DNA of 64,000 nucleotides from Octopus bimaculoides. Taxonomy: Eukaryota. The notes beneath the pieces are model-generated. The model searched no databases, was not told the origin of the DNA, and saw only the letters and a program-made list of their open reading frames with translations. The stretch lies in NCBI RefSeq assembly GCF_001194135.2, contig NC_068983.1:36278710-36342709 (forward strand), in the 5' to 3' direction. Below are positions 59,565 through 64,000 of this stretch, in pieces (the stretch's first letter is position 1; every line of letters begins with the position of its first letter). A program made the translations under genes and the position numbers.

Positions 59565-62500
59565 GTATATAAATGTGTGTGTGTGCATGTAAGAGAAGAA
59601 ACCTGTTGCATATATATGTATATACACGCATACATACACATGTATGTGCATGTGTAAGAGAAGAAACCTGTTGCATATGTATGTATATATATATATATAT
59701 ATACACACACACATACACATGTCTGTGTGTGTGCATGAATGCATGTAGGTCTGTATATAGGATGAGTTTTGGTACAGTTTCTGTTTGCCAAATTCTATTT
59801 ATAAGGAATTTGTCAATATCCAAAATTACAGTATAAGCCACTTGCCCAAGGTGAGACGCTATGGGATTGAACATGAAACCATGCAGTTTCAAAGCAAATT
59901 GTTTATCGTCACAGCCATGTCCACTCTAGTACAGCTAGAGTGTGTGCTGCCCAGGGCAGCCCTTCTGTTTGCTGCCCCCCTGGACCCTGCAAAAAACATA
60001 TTGCCTATAACAGACTCAAAAGTGCTGCCCCTTTAAAAGTGCCACCCAGGGGTGGACTGCCCCCACCCTACCTAACTAGTGCATGTCCACATTTATTTTT
60101 TGACTAGACGAGTCAAATAAACATTTCTCTGTCATGACTTGAATCTAACATCTTTTACCTGTCAGTTGTAACACTTTATTTTATCCAAACACCTCAGAAC
60201 ATTTTGGTTTACTTTGTCTCAAACAGAAACCAGTTGTTAGCATTTAGTATAAGAAAATTAAACCCAGTACAGTTCAGTTCATCTATTTGTGGATGTTTGG
60301 CTGTAACAAAATAGCACCATGATCGTATTAACCTATTTGTTACTATATTTCTGTTGGAATACACAACCTTTGTTACAATTCATTTTGAAAATAATGAAGA
60401 ATCTAGTAAAATAATTTTGTCATTATTAAGCTGGTGTTTAGAATATAATTTAACATGAAATTTTTATAGGAGGTTTTAATTTAGATCAATTTAAAACAAA
60501 CACATTACATCATAGAACCATAGAGAGTCTTGGGAAGGTTGTAAAAATTTCTAAGTGAAACAAGAATCCATGGCAACTGTACCACACAAAATATGAAGTA
60601 CTAAAACTTCAAAAAATGAAATAAATTATAATTGCTATGAAGAAGAGGAGAAATCCTACCAGAAATATTAGGCTTTTCTCCTAATTCTCCCACTCTTTCT
60701 CTACCACCCCATCTATTTTTTCTTTCACAGTAAAATGATTTATTCCATTTTGCTGAGAAAGTTTTTTTCTCTAAAAGTTTCTGAATTAATAAAAAAAATA
60801 GGTAATTAAGTGAAACTGGAAGACATGGTGGATCAAAATTATATAAAAACTGAACCAGACTCACTCACTTCAGAGTCAATAAATCATTAGCTTGTTCCAA
60901 TTAATGATTTAATTATCAATTAAATCGTTAACTGGCAAGAATTTAGAAAAAAGAAGGGAAAAAGGAAAATAACGTCATGAACTAGTACAGTATTTAAGGA
61001 ATTAAATTCCTTCTTATTTAGAATGGAAACAAAAAAGGTAGAATATGTATTGATTGCTTGATTCTATAACAGCCAATCAAGGATTAGTGTCAAAATTTAT
61101 TCTTAGCAGCAGAAAATACCAAAAACTGTTGCAGTCCTGTACAAACAAGGTAAATTTGAGTTATGTTAATCAGTCATTGTAAAGTGCTGGTGTTTCAGAC
61201 AGCCAAAGATAGCTAGAAGTGTGTGAAGACTGAATAATTTTATTTTTAGTATCAGGAGCTAACCGAAACAAGTAGAGATCAACAAAAAACAGTGGTTAAG
61301 TGTCATATTAACGAGACATATGAAATCTTGGTATTTCAGGCTGCTAACATTGGCATAAAACAAAAATAAAAAGTTTAATGTACCGTAGCTGCCAGTAGGT
61401 ATATGTATGTTGACATAGGCAGGATTCATAGGCTACGAATAGGCATGCAGAATAATTTATAGGCTAATAATAGGCACATATTCATTTGAATAGGAAAATA
61501 AGTGACAGGCAAATGGATGGAAATGAATGATGCTACATGTATGAGGAGTTACACCCTTTTACAACTACAGCACAAAGTCAAGACAAGGAAACACAGACAC
61601 ACATGCATGCATACACACACACACAATGAACTTCTTTCAGTTTCCATCTATTGTACCCACAAAGCATTGGTTACCCAGGGATTATAACAGAAGATACTTG
61701 CCCAAGGTGCCACATAGTGGGACAGAACCTGGAATCACATAGTTGGGAAGTGAACTTAACTGCATAGTCATGCCTGTACCAGGTTTAACAATATGAAATT
61801 ATCTTTTGAAATGCAACCATATGAGATGGCAGTTAATTTCAACAAAGCCTTCCAACATAAAAAATTTCTTCACCACTGTCATGGGGACTCCCTCATTGAC
61901 ATGTCTCTCTGAAGGGGATAAACTATGTACCAGCTATACGCTGAGGTTGAGTCAATAGACTCAATTCTTCCCCCCAAAATGTGATCTAGTAACATCAGTA
62001 TGGTGGAATAGTAGATGATGATGATGGTGGTGCCATTTAATCCATTACCTGCCAGTGATCTCATATGAGATCACTTAAAAATTACAAATTTCGTAATTAT
62101 CTGTCAATATTTACACATATCTAACCTTTTTGCTATATCTACTAGGTATATTTCTCTGATATTCAAATGAGGTTTGCTAATTTTTCACCCAATATCTCGC
62201 TTATTTCTATTTAAAATGTTATTTTGATCATTCCAGCGTGTTTCTAAGGCTGTTTTATGCTAGAAATCAAAGTTTCATAAAAAAATTCCAGTTAATAGAA
62301 TTATGGGAGGTAATGGGTTAAAAAGCTGCTGTTCTGGCGCAATGTAAAAAAAAAAAAAACACCTGTGTTTTTTTACATAATAAAAATGAATGTCTTCAGT
62401 GAAGAAGTATTGTGAGTTGACAGCAAAAAGTAGTTGTGGTAGAATCAAATGTGTTGGAAAAGTTGGAAATTCAGAACCAGAAATGTTGAATCCCCACACA

Positions 62501-62949
62501 TGATATGGTGCCAGATGAAACCCACAATAAATATTCTTGCATTACAGACTCATTCAGTCTGTGCGAACAAGGGAGAAATATGGAGGTAATGAAGAATAAA
62601 ACTGAAGAAAAGAAATACTGACAACTTGTCAAGGACATGTTTTAATCCTTTAACATTTAAACTTGCTATATCTGGCCCAAAATATTCTACTTGTTTTATA
62701 TTCAAGCTGGCCAGATCTGGCTCTTCATGCTTACCCTACAATGCCATTATAGAAATAAACAGTTATATCATCAAAATATCTTAGCTATGAGATAATGCAA
62801 GATTAATTCAAAACAATATGAAGAAATAAATACATTTGGCTAAAAGACTAATCTGAATGCTAAACGATTAATGATAGTCTCTTCACTCACCAATATCCCT
62901 AAGTGACATACACTATTTTCCCATCTCTAAAACCCAACCTTTACTCTGC

Positions 62950-63680
62950 CATCACAAGATTTTTTTTCCACAAGATTATCTGAATACTAATTAATCTACT
63001 CTATAGCATCATGCAGCATAACAATCTCTTTTCTTTGCATTCTCTGGCACTTCATCAACTGGTCAGAGCTCTGCCAAGTCTATAATGACTGACCTTATTA
63101 GTAAATGTGCTTCTAATTTGATTTTATCTGACACAGCTAATCGATGAGCAGCCACCATGAGGTTGCTGAAACAGCTAAAAATAATAGCTGATTCTCTCTG
63201 TTATCTTAAAAAAGAAGGACACAGTGAGTAATGCAGTCCTAGAAATTTTAATTTAATCAATTTAAATTGATCTAGATCACTTTAAAGCATGAAGACTATA
63301 TCAGAATCAGGGGCAATCTCAGGTAAATATGAAAAAATATAACCCTAGGTATACTCAGTCAGGGCTGATTTGGGACTAAACAACAACAACAATGATAATC
63401 CATAGCATTCTGATATGTATGTCTTTCTATATTTTTTACACAACCGAATCTTACCATCCACATACATATGAAGTAACCATCCAGAAAGTAAAGGATGTCT
63501 CTAAGAGAAGGTGAACTCATATATAAAAGTTACTGTTTTACTGAGCCAGATATATTGCACTCTGTGCTTCTTGGTATTGTTAGTGAGAGTCATTGTGGGG
63601 TTGTGCAAACTGCGCTTGACTTAAAACTCTTGCATGGATAGTGCTGACACCTGTCAGTGATGGTCATGTTCATCTAACGA
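62950..63680 (-). mobile_element. Possible very old LINE apurinic-endonuclease remnant
   Basis: Broken frames VSTIHARVLSQ, KKHRVQYIWLS and PVDEVPENAKKRDCY resemble APE motifs. Confidence 0.3.
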
Positions 63681-64000
63681 ATAGATAGCCATCATATATA
63701 TATATATACGTATTTGCCTTTATATATTTAATCCTTTATATTGAACACTCAGTATTTCATATATTCAATAAGACATATTCCATATATTCAATAAGACATT
63801 CAATACTTCATTTCATTGTACCATCCATTTTTATATTATATATTCCATATCCCACATTAATTTTACAAGAATATAAATAAAACATAAAAAACAGACAGAG
63901 TTGGAACTCTTTTAAATAAAATAATATATTCCTCTATACACGATCATACAAAACCCCTTTTTTGTATTTATTTTTACTCACACACACATATATATATATA

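Noticed and set aside
61096-61149. Short plus-strand exon-like segment with AG/GTAAAT boundaries
   Set aside because: Too short and has no supported partner exons.

Overview
AT-rich, repeat-dense animal genomic DNA. The SINE and RTE-tail families look to me like those of Octopus (coleoid cephalopod); this is recognition from memory, not a search. Most of the window (about 25.3-55.3 kb, minus strand) is the 3' part of a PLEKHG5/7-like DH-PH Rho GEF. I can assemble 11 GT-AG coding exons in continuous frame (1980 nt, 659 aa) ending in ...LLLNSNNESEV*, a class I PDZ ligand encoded by a 10-nt terminal coding exon; the 5' exons were not found. A second, convergent plus-strand gene (unidentified membrane protein) has exons at 626-748, 4084-4235 and probably 5042-5084. 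Introns and intergenic DNA are filled with tRNA-derived SINEs, (GAT)n-tailed RTE 3' ends, decayed RTE, Penelope, restriction-like-endonuclease LINE, Tc1/maT and piggyBac fragments, hAT and piggyBac MITEs, a solo LTR and microsatellites. The most notable signal is a set of minimal type I hammerhead ribozyme motifs. Two look intact (30890-30945, 41490-41532), and one of these sits in a 354-bp unit with 38-bp terminal redundancy that resembles an integrated retrozyme. Three more are decayed, one of them in a tRNA-headed SINE. Three assembly gaps are present. No rRNA, true tRNA gene or CRISPR array was seen.
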